In this document: positions 1 to 9,884 of the stretch, one piece after another
Layout of the letters: each line of letters starts with the position of its first letter
Position numbering within the stretch: position 1 is the stretch's first letter
Source of the DNA: Bacteroidia bacterium
GTDB lineage: Bacteria; Bacteroidota; Bacteroidia; NS11-12g; UBA9320
Assembly: GCA_965655315.1 (NCBI GenBank)
Contig: CBFHGJ010000001.1
Span: 207,907-271,906, forward strand
DNA: 64,000 nt
Reading direction: 5' to 3'
The notes under the pieces: generated by a model
Seen by the model: the letters and a program-made list of their open reading frames with translations, nothing else
Told to the model about the DNA's origin: nothing
Databases searched by the model: none
Position numbers and translations under genes: made by a program

Positions 1-197
1 GAGATCTGAGAGCAGCAGAAGGAAGTTTTTCTTACAACATACCTATCAGTACAGATTTAGACAATACAATCATGTGTTGATCTGGTGTGATGACTTTTCG
101 CTCCTATTTGGATATGCCGATTTAGGGCAGTAAAACTACAGCAGCTATGGTCTGTTAGCTAGGTATAGAACTTCGTGCTTATTTTTGGACTCTCTAG

Positions 198-1835
198 ATG
201 AAGCTACAACGCTGTATTAATGCTCTTATAGCTAGACTGCCTGGCCAGCATGCTATCGTATCACCAGGTAGTAGAAATGCTCCTGTGGTTTATGCTTTAA
301 GCAATTCAGGAATTCAATGTCACAGCGTGATAGATGAGAGAAGTGCAGGATTTGTAGCTTTGGGAATAGCTAAAGAAACGAGACAGCCGGTCATATTAAG
401 TTGCACTAGTGGTACAGCAGCACTGAATTATTATCCGGCAATTGCCGAAGCTTTTTATGCAAGAGTGCCACTTATAGTGATCACAGCAGATAGACCTCCA
501 GAGCAGATAGATGCCTGGGACGGGCAAGCTATTCGACAAAATAAGGTGTTTTCAAATCACATTAGAGGAGAGTTTACTACACCTGATGAATATCTAGAGC
601 CTCATCTATTTGAGTCTATCGCAGATCAAGTGGTTGCTTGTTTACAGCAGGAGATTTCTGGTCCTATCCACATAAACGTCCCTGTCCTAGAGCCGTTTTA
701 CGATTTTACCACAGAAGGAATTTCTGCTGAGAGCATTAGATACGAAACTTCTAATGACGGTGTTGAGCTACATTTGGCTGATATAAGTGAGTCTGCTGGA
801 GTTTCGTTTAAAGGGAAAAAAGTGCTGGTATTTAATGGAATGGATGATGGGGAAAATATCCATATCCTAGATGACCAATCCTCAGTAATCCTTTCAGACA
901 TTACATCCAATAGGTCTAGCAGTATTCACTATTGGGATTCACTTCTGTTTTCCGCACAAAGTAAAAAGGGAGGATTAGAATATCTGAAGATTCTCAAGCC
1001 TGATATTTTGATTTCTACAGGCACAACTACGGTTTCTAAAGGGGTAAAACGGTTTTTACAAATTCATCAACCAGAACATCATTTCCATATTTCAAGTTAT
1101 GCTGAAGTAGGATCGATGTTCAAAACTGAGCCGATTATTCTTCACCCTGAGAAGATAAGAACTACAATCAAAACTGTACAGACCGAAAAGAATATTCAGT
1201 ACAGAGCGGATTGGCAGCGATTGACCGATGAATTTGAGCAACGTTTCTCGTCCTTAGCTTGGGACAGTTATAATGAATTCACAGCGGTAAACTATATACT
1301 GAGTAAACTACCAAACAAAGCAATCCTTCACCCTGGGAATAGTATGCCAGTAAGGTATGTTTCATTCTTGCTGAATAGAGAAGTCAATGATTGCCTCGTT
1401 TATGCGAATCGAGGAACGAGTGGGATAGATGGCTGCACCAGCACTGCTTTGGGTAATTCACTGGTTACGGATAAATCAGTTTATCTATTGACTGGTGACA
1501 TATCCTACTTCTATGATGTCAATGCTTTGTTTCAGAATTCAATTCCAGCGAATCTTAAGATCATTATACTAAACAATAACTCTGGAGGAATTTTCAATAT
1601 GATTCCGGGTCCAGATAAAATGGGTGTAGCTCAAACTTATCAAACCACTCCTCATCAATTTAAGGCTAAGTATCTTGCATCACATTTTAACGTTGCATAT
1701 TTCACAGGGGATTCTATGGTAAGTTTTGCTGAGGGTTTGTCTGACTTGCATCGACATAAAGGGGCTGCTATCTTGGAGTTGTTTACAGACCAACAAGACA
1801 ATTCTGCATTCTTTCAGCAGTTCAAAGAATTGTAG
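198..1835 (+). CDS. menD: 2-succinyl-5-enolpyruvyl-6-hydroxy-3-cyclohexene-1-carboxylate synthase (MenD, ThDP-dependent)
   Basis: N-terminal VSPGSRNAPVVYAL matches the MenD GSRSTPL motif; ~545 aa with a ThDP-enzyme three-domain layout. Confidence 0.75.
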   Translation: MKLQRCINALIARLPGQHAIVSPGSRNAPVVYALSNSGIQCHSVIDERSAGFVALGIAKETRQPVILSCTSGTAALNYYPAIAEAFYARVPLIVITADRPPEQIDAWDGQAIRQNKVFSNHIRGEFTTPDEYLEPHLFESIADQVVACLQQEISGPIHINVPVLEPFYDFTTEGISAESIRYETSNDGVELHLADISESAGVSFKGKKVLVFNGMDDGENIHILDDQSSVILSDITSNRSSSIHYWDSLLFSAQSKKGGLEYLKILKPDILISTGTTTVSKGVKRFLQIHQPEHHFHISSYAEVGSMFKTEPIILHPEKIRTTIKTVQTEKNIQYRADWQRLTDEFEQRFSSLAWDSYNEFTAVNYILSKLPNKAILHPGNSMPVRYVSFLLNREVNDCLVYANRGTSGIDGCTSTALGNSLVTDKSVYLLTGDISYFYDVNALFQNSIPANLKIIILNNNSGGIFNMIPGPDKMGVAQTYQTTPHQFKAKYLASHFNVAYFTGDSMVSFAEGLSDLHRHKGAAILELFTDQQDNSAFFQQFKEL

Positions 1836-2045
1836 TTTGTCACTCATAAAAGCTATAGAAATTATCTGTAAGCCTAGACTCCTTTGATTCTTTTGTCTGT
1901 ATATCATTATTAAAAATCTTCTAAATCATTTACCTTCATCCCGCTAAAGGGAATGAATATAGAGTTAGTGAGAACTAAAACCTCAAGTGTTTTGGGCGAA
2001 TAATAAACTATTCTATAGTGTCAATTTAGCTTTGCTAACCTGAAA

Positions 2046-2393
2046 ATGAAGACAATGAATTATCCAGCTAGATCAACGAATTTCAAATCCCCTTCTACTC
2101 AATTCAGTTCGATTCAGCATCTTATACTTTTTTTCTGGGGTATTTTTATTTTTATGGGTATCCAGGCTGCTGACTTAGATACTGTTTCTAGTATTTTTTC
2201 CATGACAAGTATGGAACTTCAAGAGGATAGCAGCTACTTAGTCACCATAGCAGCTGGGAGTGAACAAGGGGTGTATGAGCAGGAAAACGCTAGTGTACTA
2301 ACAGTGTATGATATTAATGCGAAAGGTGCTGATCAGGAAAACCAAATAATTGGAAGTGTGAAGTTTGACAAAGTGGGTTTTGTCAGACTCTAA
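2046..2393 (+). CDS. hypothetical protein with N-terminal hydrophobic segment; may be the 5' part of a frameshifted gene together with 2365..2880
   Basis: Its 3' end overlaps the next ORF by 29 nt in another frame. Confidence 0.3.
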   Translation: MKTMNYPARSTNFKSPSTQFSSIQHLILFFWGIFIFMGIQAADLDTVSSIFSMTSMELQEDSSYLVTIAAGSEQGVYEQENASVLTVYDINAKGADQENQIIGSVKFDKVGFVRL

Positions 2394-2880
2394 ATTGGCA
2401 CAAGATGATCCGTCTAAATCTTCTTATTTTGATCACAACAGATTAATAGGATTGCTAAAAAACTATCAATGTAAAAACATTATCTTGCTTATTGATGCTT
2501 GTTTCAGTGGCACCATAGAAAGTCAAAGTACTTCATTGGGAGAAGGGGTATGTCTGGACAAGGTTCAACCTGATTTTCAAAGTGACATTTATTCCTCTGC
2601 TCCCAATAACGTCTATATGAAAAGGCATCTGTCTTGTCCTACCGTGAAATATATAACTAGTGGAGGTAAAGAATATGTTCCAGACGGTAGTGGAAATCAT
2701 TCACCTTTTGCTGCTAAATTGATCGAAGCATTGGATTCAAAAGGCGGATTTGATAAAGATGGGATTTTAAGTTTTTCTGAAATTAGGGTTATGCTTCAGA
2801 AGGTAACTCCACAACCAAGATTTGGAAGGTTTGGAGAAGATAATTCGAGTACGGAATTCCTTCTCATAGCCACAGAATAA
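2365..2880 (+). CDS. hypothetical protein, possible caspase-like (peptidase C14-like) fragment
   Basis: IILLIDACFSGT resembles the caspase/metacaspase Cys motif D-[AS]-C-x-S-G; no upstream HG motif found, so the call is weak. Confidence 0.3.
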   Translation: MTKWVLSDSKLAQDDPSKSSYFDHNRLIGLLKNYQCKNIILLIDACFSGTIESQSTSLGEGVCLDKVQPDFQSDIYSSAPNNVYMKRHLSCPTVKYITSGGKEYVPDGSGNHSPFAAKLIEALDSKGGFDKDGILSFSEIRVMLQKVTPQPRFGRFGEDNSSTEFLLIATE

Positions 2881-2942
2881 GACTTCATAATTTGGGATAT
2901 CAGAATTGACTAATGCTAGTATTTATTGCTAGATTTGCACTT

Positions 2943-4052
2943 ATGTCTGCAGAAACCCATGCTCTAAAGAGGACCTCACTTTACAACAAACATTTATCCC
3001 TCGGTGCTAAAATGGTGCCTTTTGCCGGTTATGAAATGCCTTTGCAATACTCAGGATTATCTCTTGAGCATCATGCTGTTCGTGATAGCGTAGGAATGTT
3101 TGATGTGAGCCATATGGGTGAGTTTTCTGTAAAAGGAAAAGATGCAGAAGCACTTGTGGCGTGGATCTGTTCTAATAATATCAGCAAGGTGGTGGACATG
3201 CAGGCACAGTATAACTGTATGCCAAATGAAGATGATGGAATCGTTGATGATTTGATTGTTTACAGATGGAATTCAGATGAGTACACACTTGTTGTCAATG
3301 CAAGTAACATAGTTAAGGATTGGGATTGGATAATGACACAGAAAGAGGCAAACGGTTTTGACTGTGAACTAGAAGATATGTCAGATGACATATCTCTGCT
3401 CGCTGTACAAGGACCAAACGCTATCAAAGTAGTTCAAAAACTTACAGATATAAATTTAGACGAGATCAAGTTTTATCATTTTGCTGCGGGAGCATGTGCA
3501 GGAAGTGACGATGTTGTTATTAGTAACACTGGTTATACAGGGAGTGGTGGTTTCGAACTTTATGTTTGGAACAAGGATGCTGAAATGGTTTGGGATGCAG
3601 TAATGGAAGCAGGTAAAGAATTTGACATCGTGCCGTGTGGTTTAGCTGCTAGAGATACACTGCGTTTGGAAAAAGGATATTGCTTGTACGGAAATGAAAT
3701 CAACGATAGCACTTCACCAATAGAAGCAGGTCTAGGTTGGATTACAAAGTTTGATGAGCCATTTGTGCATCAGGAGTATCATCAAGACTTGAAAACTAAT
3801 GGCGTGAAAAGAAAGCTTGTTGGTTTTAAGATGCTGGAACGAGGGATCCCAAGACAAGGATATTCTCTTGTTGATGCGTCAGGTAATGGAATAGGAGAGG
3901 TGTGTAGTGGTACTCAAAGTCCAAGTTTAGGAGAAGCAATAGGTACAGGATATGTTACACCAGAATTTTCCCAATCAGGAAGTGAAATATTTGTTGCGGT
4001 TCGAAAGAAACAATTGAAGGCAGAAGTGGTTAGAATGCCTTTCTTGAAATAA
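2943..4052 (+). CDS. gcvT: glycine cleavage system T protein (aminomethyltransferase)
   Basis: MVPFAGYEMPLQY...HHAVRDSVGMFDVSHMGEF is classic GcvT; start moved to the Met in MSAETH by alignment with GcvT N-termini. Confidence 0.9.
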   Translation: MSAETHALKRTSLYNKHLSLGAKMVPFAGYEMPLQYSGLSLEHHAVRDSVGMFDVSHMGEFSVKGKDAEALVAWICSNNISKVVDMQAQYNCMPNEDDGIVDDLIVYRWNSDEYTLVVNASNIVKDWDWIMTQKEANGFDCELEDMSDDISLLAVQGPNAIKVVQKLTDINLDEIKFYHFAAGACAGSDDVVISNTGYTGSGGFELYVWNKDAEMVWDAVMEAGKEFDIVPCGLAARDTLRLEKGYCLYGNEINDSTSPIEAGLGWITKFDEPFVHQEYHQDLKTNGVKRKLVGFKMLERGIPRQGYSLVDASGNGIGEVCSGTQSPSLGEAIGTGYVTPEFSQSGSEIFVAVRKKQLKAEVVRMPFLK

Positions 4053-4117
4053 TACACTACTAGCTAAGGGAAAGCATTCTTCCGTTGATGGTGTTTTCTA
4101 ACCCGCTTAGTAAATCT

Positions 4118-4375
4118 TCAGGCACGAATGGTTTGAATACAAATCCATTCATTCCAGATGAAGGTTATCATATAGATATGCCTTGCAAAATTTAGATGTT
4201 GATCATTACAAAGAGTTAGGGAGCAGAGGTAGGTTATGGATGATATACAAAGAATAGCAGCTAAATTGGTCATGCCAATTAGAAATGTCGTTTGACCCCA
4301 TACCATGGTCAATAAACCAGTGAGAATACATAATCGATAAACTAATGTTATTCGCCGCTCTGAGAATTTTGCCAT
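4118..4375 (-). CDS. small hydrophobic hypothetical protein
   Basis: 85-aa ORF with two hydrophobic stretches in the convergent intergenic space; no homology recognised. Confidence 0.25.
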   Translation of the reverse strand: MAKFSERRITLVYRLCILTGLLTMVWGQTTFLIGMTNLAAILCISSITYLCSLTLCNDQHLNFARHIYMITFIWNEWICIQTIRA

Positions 4376-4597
4376 ATGATATTCAATTAGTTCTTTAGTT
4401 TTCAGGTTTTTCCTCCTTTTTATCTAGTTGCAAGATAAATATCGGACGTGAGGGAATCTTTTCCTTTCGGTGAGTTGTAATTATCCAAGGTCAGAAATGA
4501 ATGTTAACGTGGCGATTGGTAACAACCTCATTTTTAGGTCTAAATCGTCTGTTTTAGCTATGAACTATGATGCTTTTCTTAGTAGTGCTTTATTTTT

Positions 4598-5050
4598 GTG
4601 GCTATGAATTTATCAGAACAAATAATGTCTGAAATGAAAGTAGCCATGAAAGCTAAAGATGCGGCTACACTTCGAGGTTTGAGAGCTATTAAAGCTGCTC
4701 TATTGTTATTGCAAACTCAAGAGGGAAAATCGGAAGTGACAGAAGCGGACGAACTTGTTGCTTTAACTAAGATGGCAAAACAGAGAAAGGACTCGATTAC
4801 AATATACAAAGAGCAGGGAAGAGATGACTTGCAAAAAATAGAGGAAGAAGAACTTTTAGTGATAGAAAAATTCCTTCCAGAACAAATGAGTGAAGAAGAT
4901 GTGCAGGTAGTTATTGCCGAAATCATTAGTCAAACTGGAGCCTCTTCGATGAAAGACATGGGTAAAGTAATGGGTATGGCAAATGGCAAACTAAAAGGGA
5001 AAGCGGAAGGAAAACTTATCGCTGATATAGTGAAAAAATCACTTGGTTAG
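4598..5050 (+). CDS. yqeY: GatB/YqeY domain-containing protein
   Basis: N-terminus LSEQIMSEMKVAMKAKD and length of ~150 aa match the YqeY family. Confidence 0.8.
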   Translation: MAMNLSEQIMSEMKVAMKAKDAATLRGLRAIKAALLLLQTQEGKSEVTEADELVALTKMAKQRKDSITIYKEQGRDDLQKIEEEELLVIEKFLPEQMSEEDVQVVIAEIISQTGASSMKDMGKVMGMANGKLKGKAEGKLIADIVKKSLG

Positions 5051-6952
5051 AAGTGTCCTCAAATCGCTCATAACAGAATAATTTCGAGCATATAATTGGT
5101 CTAGATTTTCGTGAAAATCACTGTTGTTCAGTGCCAAGTGGGATGCAGTGTTATACACTCCATTAGGTAGTTTAGGTAGATTCTTGGCATCTGAAGCATA
5201 CCCAATCCACGTTTTTCTAGCTAAGAGTACATTCACAGCATTCATAGTCCAGTTTCTTGATTTACTGAAAAGTAAGAACAAGGGCGATAAAAGGATTGAA
5301 AGAAGAGCCCAAGATAAATCAAAAAGCCTCTTTTGAGTTCTAAACTCACGCTTTGATAAATTTAGTTCAATTTGTTGTCCAAAGTATAAACCGTTATCAT
5401 TTTTTGAATGACTGCCTATTACAAAACTACTTTCAGCAGGAATAGTATAGTAGTTGATCTGTGGGCCTAATTCATTCATTATAGTGATGGTGTCTTCTGT
5501 AGAAATAGTATCAGTACTAAATATAACCTCGTCTACCTCATATATTTTTATAATCTCTTGAAGTTGGTCCAAATCTCCTAACCATTTTTCGTGATTTCTA
5601 TCACTACTGTTTACAAATCCTATTTGTTGGTAGTTTCGGTCATAGGACTGAAGTATATTATTTACTTGTTCCCATTTTTTTTCACTTCCAACCAAAAGAC
5701 TTATTGTATTTACTTGATTTGAGAGATTTATGCTTTTGAATTTTAAGTAATGAAGAACTGTTCTCCAGGCAAAAAGTACAGCAGTGATTGACAATGAGCC
5801 AAAAAGGATTATTCCTCGACTGAAATGAAGATGATTGGGTAAAAGACCGTAAATAATTAGAATAAAAAGCACTCCTATCCCGATTCCTTTTAGCAATTTA
5901 CTTAAATCGAAAGGGTGCCTATAATTTCCTGTAGACCAGATACTCGCAGTCCAAACTGCAGTATAATAGGGTAGGTGAATCGTCATCATTTCCCTTGGGT
6001 AGGATTTGATGTATTTTATATGCTCTTCCCAATATTCTTTTAGAAAATACAAGGTAAAAAATATCAATAAAGCTTCTAGTGCTGGCATCCAGAGTTTTTT
6101 GATGCTATTTGAAATTAGAGCCACCCCTGCACGAGCGTAGATAGAAGAATTGATAAGAAAAGTAAATAGCTTTTTGTTCTGCCCAGAGTAATGTTTCTCC
6201 GCAAAAATCACCATCGCTTTGTAAAACACTTTTACGTAGTTTACACTCAGTTTTTTGGTGCTTTCTCCTTTATAGTGAATGATACTAGTTTCAGCGAAGT
6301 AGTAATTTTCCCAGCCACCTTTTGTGATTCTATAACTTAAATCAATGTCTTCTCCATACATGAAAAAAGTCTCGTCTAGCAGTCCAACTTGATCTAAGGC
6401 TTTTTTTCGCATCAGCATAAATGCTCCTGCCAAAATATCCACTTTATGGTTCTCATCCTTGTTTAGAAAACCTAAGTGATACTTGCCAAATTTCTTAGAG
6501 TTTGGGAATAGTTTGTTTAGGCCTATCATTTTGTAAAAAGCCACCTCAGGAGTTGGTAGACCACGTTTACTCTCAGGTAGATACGTGCCTTGACCATCTA
6601 CCATTTTTACCCCACAAGCACCCAACTTTGGTTTAGAATCAGCGAAAGATAATAGTTTTGAAAAACAATTTTCTGGCACTATAGTATCTGGATTGAGCAA
6701 GAGAACATATTCGCCGGTTGACCTTTTTATGGCCTGATTATTTGCCTTACTAAATCCTGTATTTTCCTTATTGGCTATGACGTGAACTGAAGGGAAAAGA
6801 TCCTTAACCATAGCTACTGATCCATCTACAGAGTTGTTGTCCACCACAAATATTTCGGAAGAGATGTCTTCACAAGTGGTAATCACTGATTTGAGACACT
6901 GCTCAAGAAAGTGCTTAACATTATAGTTTACTATGACGACAGAAAGTTTCAC
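5039..6952 (-). CDS. glycosyltransferase family 2 protein with C-terminal multi-pass membrane and sugar-transferase-like region
   Basis: N-terminus SVVIVNYN...VVDNNSVDGS is a GT2 signature; a central hydrophobic region; C-terminal KRLFDLSWALLSILLSPLFLL resembles the start of polyprenyl-phosphate sugar transferases. Confidence 0.7.
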   Translation of the reverse strand: MKLSVVIVNYNVKHFLEQCLKSVITTCEDISSEIFVVDNNSVDGSVAMVKDLFPSVHVIANKENTGFSKANNQAIKRSTGEYVLLLNPDTIVPENCFSKLLSFADSKPKLGACGVKMVDGQGTYLPESKRGLPTPEVAFYKMIGLNKLFPNSKKFGKYHLGFLNKDENHKVDILAGAFMLMRKKALDQVGLLDETFFMYGEDIDLSYRITKGGWENYYFAETSIIHYKGESTKKLSVNYVKVFYKAMVIFAEKHYSGQNKKLFTFLINSSIYARAGVALISNSIKKLWMPALEALLIFFTLYFLKEYWEEHIKYIKSYPREMMTIHLPYYTAVWTASIWSTGNYRHPFDLSKLLKGIGIGVLFILIIYGLLPNHLHFSRGIILFGSLSITAVLFAWRTVLHYLKFKSINLSNQVNTISLLVGSEKKWEQVNNILQSYDRNYQQIGFVNSSDRNHEKWLGDLDQLQEIIKIYEVDEVIFSTDTISTEDTITIMNELGPQINYYTIPAESSFVIGSHSKNDNGLYFGQQIELNLSKREFRTQKRLFDLSWALLSILLSPLFLLFSKSRNWTMNAVNVLLARKTWIGYASDAKNLPKLPNGVYNTASHLALNNSDFHENLDQLYARNYSVMSDLRTLLTK

Positions 6953-7136
6953 TTGAAATCAGGCAAATCTACGAGTATAAAATTAGAATACAGTTGGGCT
7001 ATGATAGAGTTGAAATATTGAATCATTTGTTCTTTTTATTTTTGAAATAATGTCAAACCAAAAATTAGCGAAGTTTACTACAAATAGCTTTTCATCTAAC
7101 CCAATTTGATTCATAGCTCTAGCGACCATCGTTGGC

Positions 7137-7790
7137 ATGAATTTGATGTTTTTTTCAATTTTAGTGGGAGCTCCAATTGTGGTATCTATGGGAGTGTTAA
7201 TCTTAGGTATATTGATGGTTTTTGGTTTTACTCTTGGAGAAACGACATATACGTTGTACGAGAACGGGCTACAGCAGAATATAAAAACTTACATTCCATA
7301 TAAGGTACTAAATAGAACAAAAGTGAGATTCATTCTTTGGGAAACAATACGTTCATACAAATCAGATATTGACGTTGGTAAAAGCATGAAAGAGTACGAA
7401 TATCTGAAACTGAAACTTAGAAAATCTCCGTTTAAAATCTGGATAACGGACCAGATTGACAGGCATGGATTTGTGACCTTTCGAGACGATTTTATTGATA
7501 AGGTTGAAGAGTATAATTACAATCATTCAAAGAACAAAAATCTAGAATCGACAACAGTTGTGAAAGCAAGTGAACCTCATTCAGACGAGAAAGCAAGAAT
7601 TGAAAATACTCCTAGTTTTTACGGTACGCTTGCCTCTAAAATTCTAACAGTCTTTTTTGTAGGATTAGTAGTTGCTATTCAGTACTACGCGAATAATATT
7701 GGATTAAGCCCTGGAAGTTCTTTTAAGTTGAATGTTGTATTAATACCCAGCACAGCTTACCTAATTTACCGAACATTTGGAAGGAAATAG
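7137..7790 (+). CDS. hypothetical membrane protein
   Basis: ORF with N- and C-terminal transmembrane segments. Confidence 0.4.
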   Translation: MNLMFFSILVGAPIVVSMGVLILGILMVFGFTLGETTYTLYENGLQQNIKTYIPYKVLNRTKVRFILWETIRSYKSDIDVGKSMKEYEYLKLKLRKSPFKIWITDQIDRHGFVTFRDDFIDKVEEYNYNHSKNKNLESTTVVKASEPHSDEKARIENTPSFYGTLASKILTVFFVGLVVAIQYYANNIGLSPGSSFKLNVVLIPSTAYLIYRTFGRK

Positions 7791-7880
7791 TAATACTGTA
7801 ATGATAATATTTCAATCACATCGAGAGTTTATTCTAAAGATAGAGATTTAACTCTTTGTCATACTAAATTCGCAGTACGA

Positions 7881-9875
7881 ATGACATTTTACGAACCGTC
7901 CTTTTTGTGGGCATTGGGGTTGCTTCTGATTCCAATTCTCATTCATTTGTTTAACCTGAGAAAGTATAAGCGTGTTACATTTTCCAATGTGGAAATGCTT
8001 AAGGAGCTTCATACTCAAAGTAGAAAGACAAGGCAGATTAAAAAGTGGCTAGTGTTATTATCTAGACTTCTAGCTCTTGCTTTCTTAATACTTGCTTTTG
8101 CTAGGCCTTTTATACCCAAGACTAATATTGAGAATGGTAAATCTTTAGTCAGCATTTATTTAGACAATTCTCAAAGTATGCTTGCTGAAGGCGAGGATGG
8201 TCAACTGTTTGAAAATGGAAAGAACATAGCAAGAGATATTTTGGATATGCTACCTAACGATATAGATGTGCAGTTTTTAGATAATAGACTCAGTCCATAT
8301 ATAAATAAGGTATTCGCTCCTGAGCAAGCTGAGAGTTTAGTAGATAATTTAGAGTCGGATTATTTTGCAAATGACTTAAAGCTAGTCTTGGAACGAGCTA
8401 AAAGAGTGAAGCAGATCGAAGGTTATGGTGCACATCACGTTTTTTTAATATCGGATTTTCAAAAAAACAAAAGTGAATTGGTTGTGGATTTTGACTCATC
8501 ATCTGTGCTCAATGCAGTCAAAATGATGCCCGTATCCTCACAGAATTTATCTATCGATACAGCTTGGATAGATGCCCCTATTGTTAAGCCGGGGAGCCCA
8601 TTAAAGATTTATGTTAAAGTAACTAACAATGGGGATTCTGATGTTGAGTCATCTACGATAACTCTGAAGGTAAACGAGGTACAGCAAGGCTTCGAGAGCT
8701 TTGGTCTTGTAGCCCAAAGTTCTGAAACTTTTGAGATGGAAATAAGCACAACGCAGGCTGGTTGGATTGAAGGAGAATTTAGTATTTCTGATGTCCCAGT
8801 TGTATTTGATAATAGTTATTTCTTCTCGCTTTTAGTTAAACCTAGTATTCAAGTTTTAAGTATTGGTGAAAGTTCAAAATCTTTGCAAAAGCTGTTTCAA
8901 AAAAGTCAATCATTTGAGTTAACAGAGGCTAAGGCAGGTGAAGTGAATTATTCTCAGCTTGGTACTTTTGATTTTATTATTTTAAATAGTCTCCCTTCAA
9001 TCACCAGTGGATTAACTGAGCAACTTGGCCAGTTTCTTCAGTCTGGGGGTGCTGTTTTAGTAATTCCGTCAGCAAGGTCAGATAAATATTCGGAGTTTTC
9101 AAGAACTTTGGGACTTCCATTCTATTTGAGTGAAGAAAATAGAAACGCGAGTATTTCCGCTGAAAACCTTAATCAGTCTTTTATTGCCGATGTTTATAAA
9201 AGAGTTCCTAAAAATGTAAGATTACCCAAAGTCTTTAAAAGCTTTGAAATGCAAAGAAGTGCAAGATCAAAAGTTTTGCTCAAACTTAAAGACGGAAGTT
9301 CTATTTTAACTAGTACACCTGTGGGTACTGGTGTGGTATTCCAGTTCGCAATGCCATTATCTTCTGATTATAGTACAATTGTTGACCACGAAATTTTTGT
9401 ACTCTCTATGCTAAAGATGGCTTTTAGCAGAAACGAACAACGTTATCTTGCAGCTTCGGTACATAGCAAAGAGCCAATACCGATAGTAACTTCAGACCAG
9501 AGTCAACAGCTATACTTGGATCAAGGAGATAATAATATCGTGTTAGAAACTGCACCGAATAAGAATGGGACCAGAGTCTGGCTGAATGACGAGGTAGTCG
9601 AAGCTGGAGTTTTTACTTTACGAAATAGATCAAAAAATGATGTAGGAAGGCTGGCTTTAAACTATAAAAGGATGGAATCTAAACAGAAATTCTATTCAGA
9701 TGAAGAACTGGAGAATGGGCTTGGAGAGATCAATATAGTTTCTGAAAATTTCTCTGAACTGAAATCAACTGTAGATCAAGTGAGCAGTGGCAAGTCATTA
9801 TGGAAACTGTTCCTAGCTTTGAGTTTGTTATTTCTTCTTATCGAGGTACTTTTGTTGAGGTTTTTAAAGACTTAA
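7881..9875 (+). CDS. BatA (aerotolerance) N-terminal domain-containing membrane protein
   Basis: N-terminus FLWALGLLLIPILIHLFNLRKYKRVTFSNVEML matches the BatA_N double-TM motif; C-terminal TM anchor. Confidence 0.65.
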   Translation: MTFYEPSFLWALGLLLIPILIHLFNLRKYKRVTFSNVEMLKELHTQSRKTRQIKKWLVLLSRLLALAFLILAFARPFIPKTNIENGKSLVSIYLDNSQSMLAEGEDGQLFENGKNIARDILDMLPNDIDVQFLDNRLSPYINKVFAPEQAESLVDNLESDYFANDLKLVLERAKRVKQIEGYGAHHVFLISDFQKNKSELVVDFDSSSVLNAVKMMPVSSQNLSIDTAWIDAPIVKPGSPLKIYVKVTNNGDSDVESSTITLKVNEVQQGFESFGLVAQSSETFEMEISTTQAGWIEGEFSISDVPVVFDNSYFFSLLVKPSIQVLSIGESSKSLQKLFQKSQSFELTEAKAGEVNYSQLGTFDFIILNSLPSITSGLTEQLGQFLQSGGAVLVIPSARSDKYSEFSRTLGLPFYLSEENRNASISAENLNQSFIADVYKRVPKNVRLPKVFKSFEMQRSARSKVLLKLKDGSSILTSTPVGTGVVFQFAMPLSSDYSTIVDHEIFVLSMLKMAFSRNEQRYLAASVHSKEPIPIVTSDQSQQLYLDQGDNNIVLETAPNKNGTRVWLNDEVVEAGVFTLRNRSKNDVGRLALNYKRMESKQKFYSDEELENGLGEINIVSENFSELKSTVDQVSSGKSLWKLFLALSLLFLLIEVLLLRFLKT

Positions 9876-9884
9876 AGTAAAAGC

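Noticed and set aside
698-1907. Short antisense ORFs (698..910-, 1680..1907-) within or at the end of menD
   Set aside because: They lie fully inside or overlap a well-supported CDS on the other strand and have no motifs.
2881-2942. Possible glycine riboswitch upstream of gcvT
   Set aside because: The leader is only ~60 nt and lacks the conserved tandem aptamer features, so it is too short for a glycine riboswitch.
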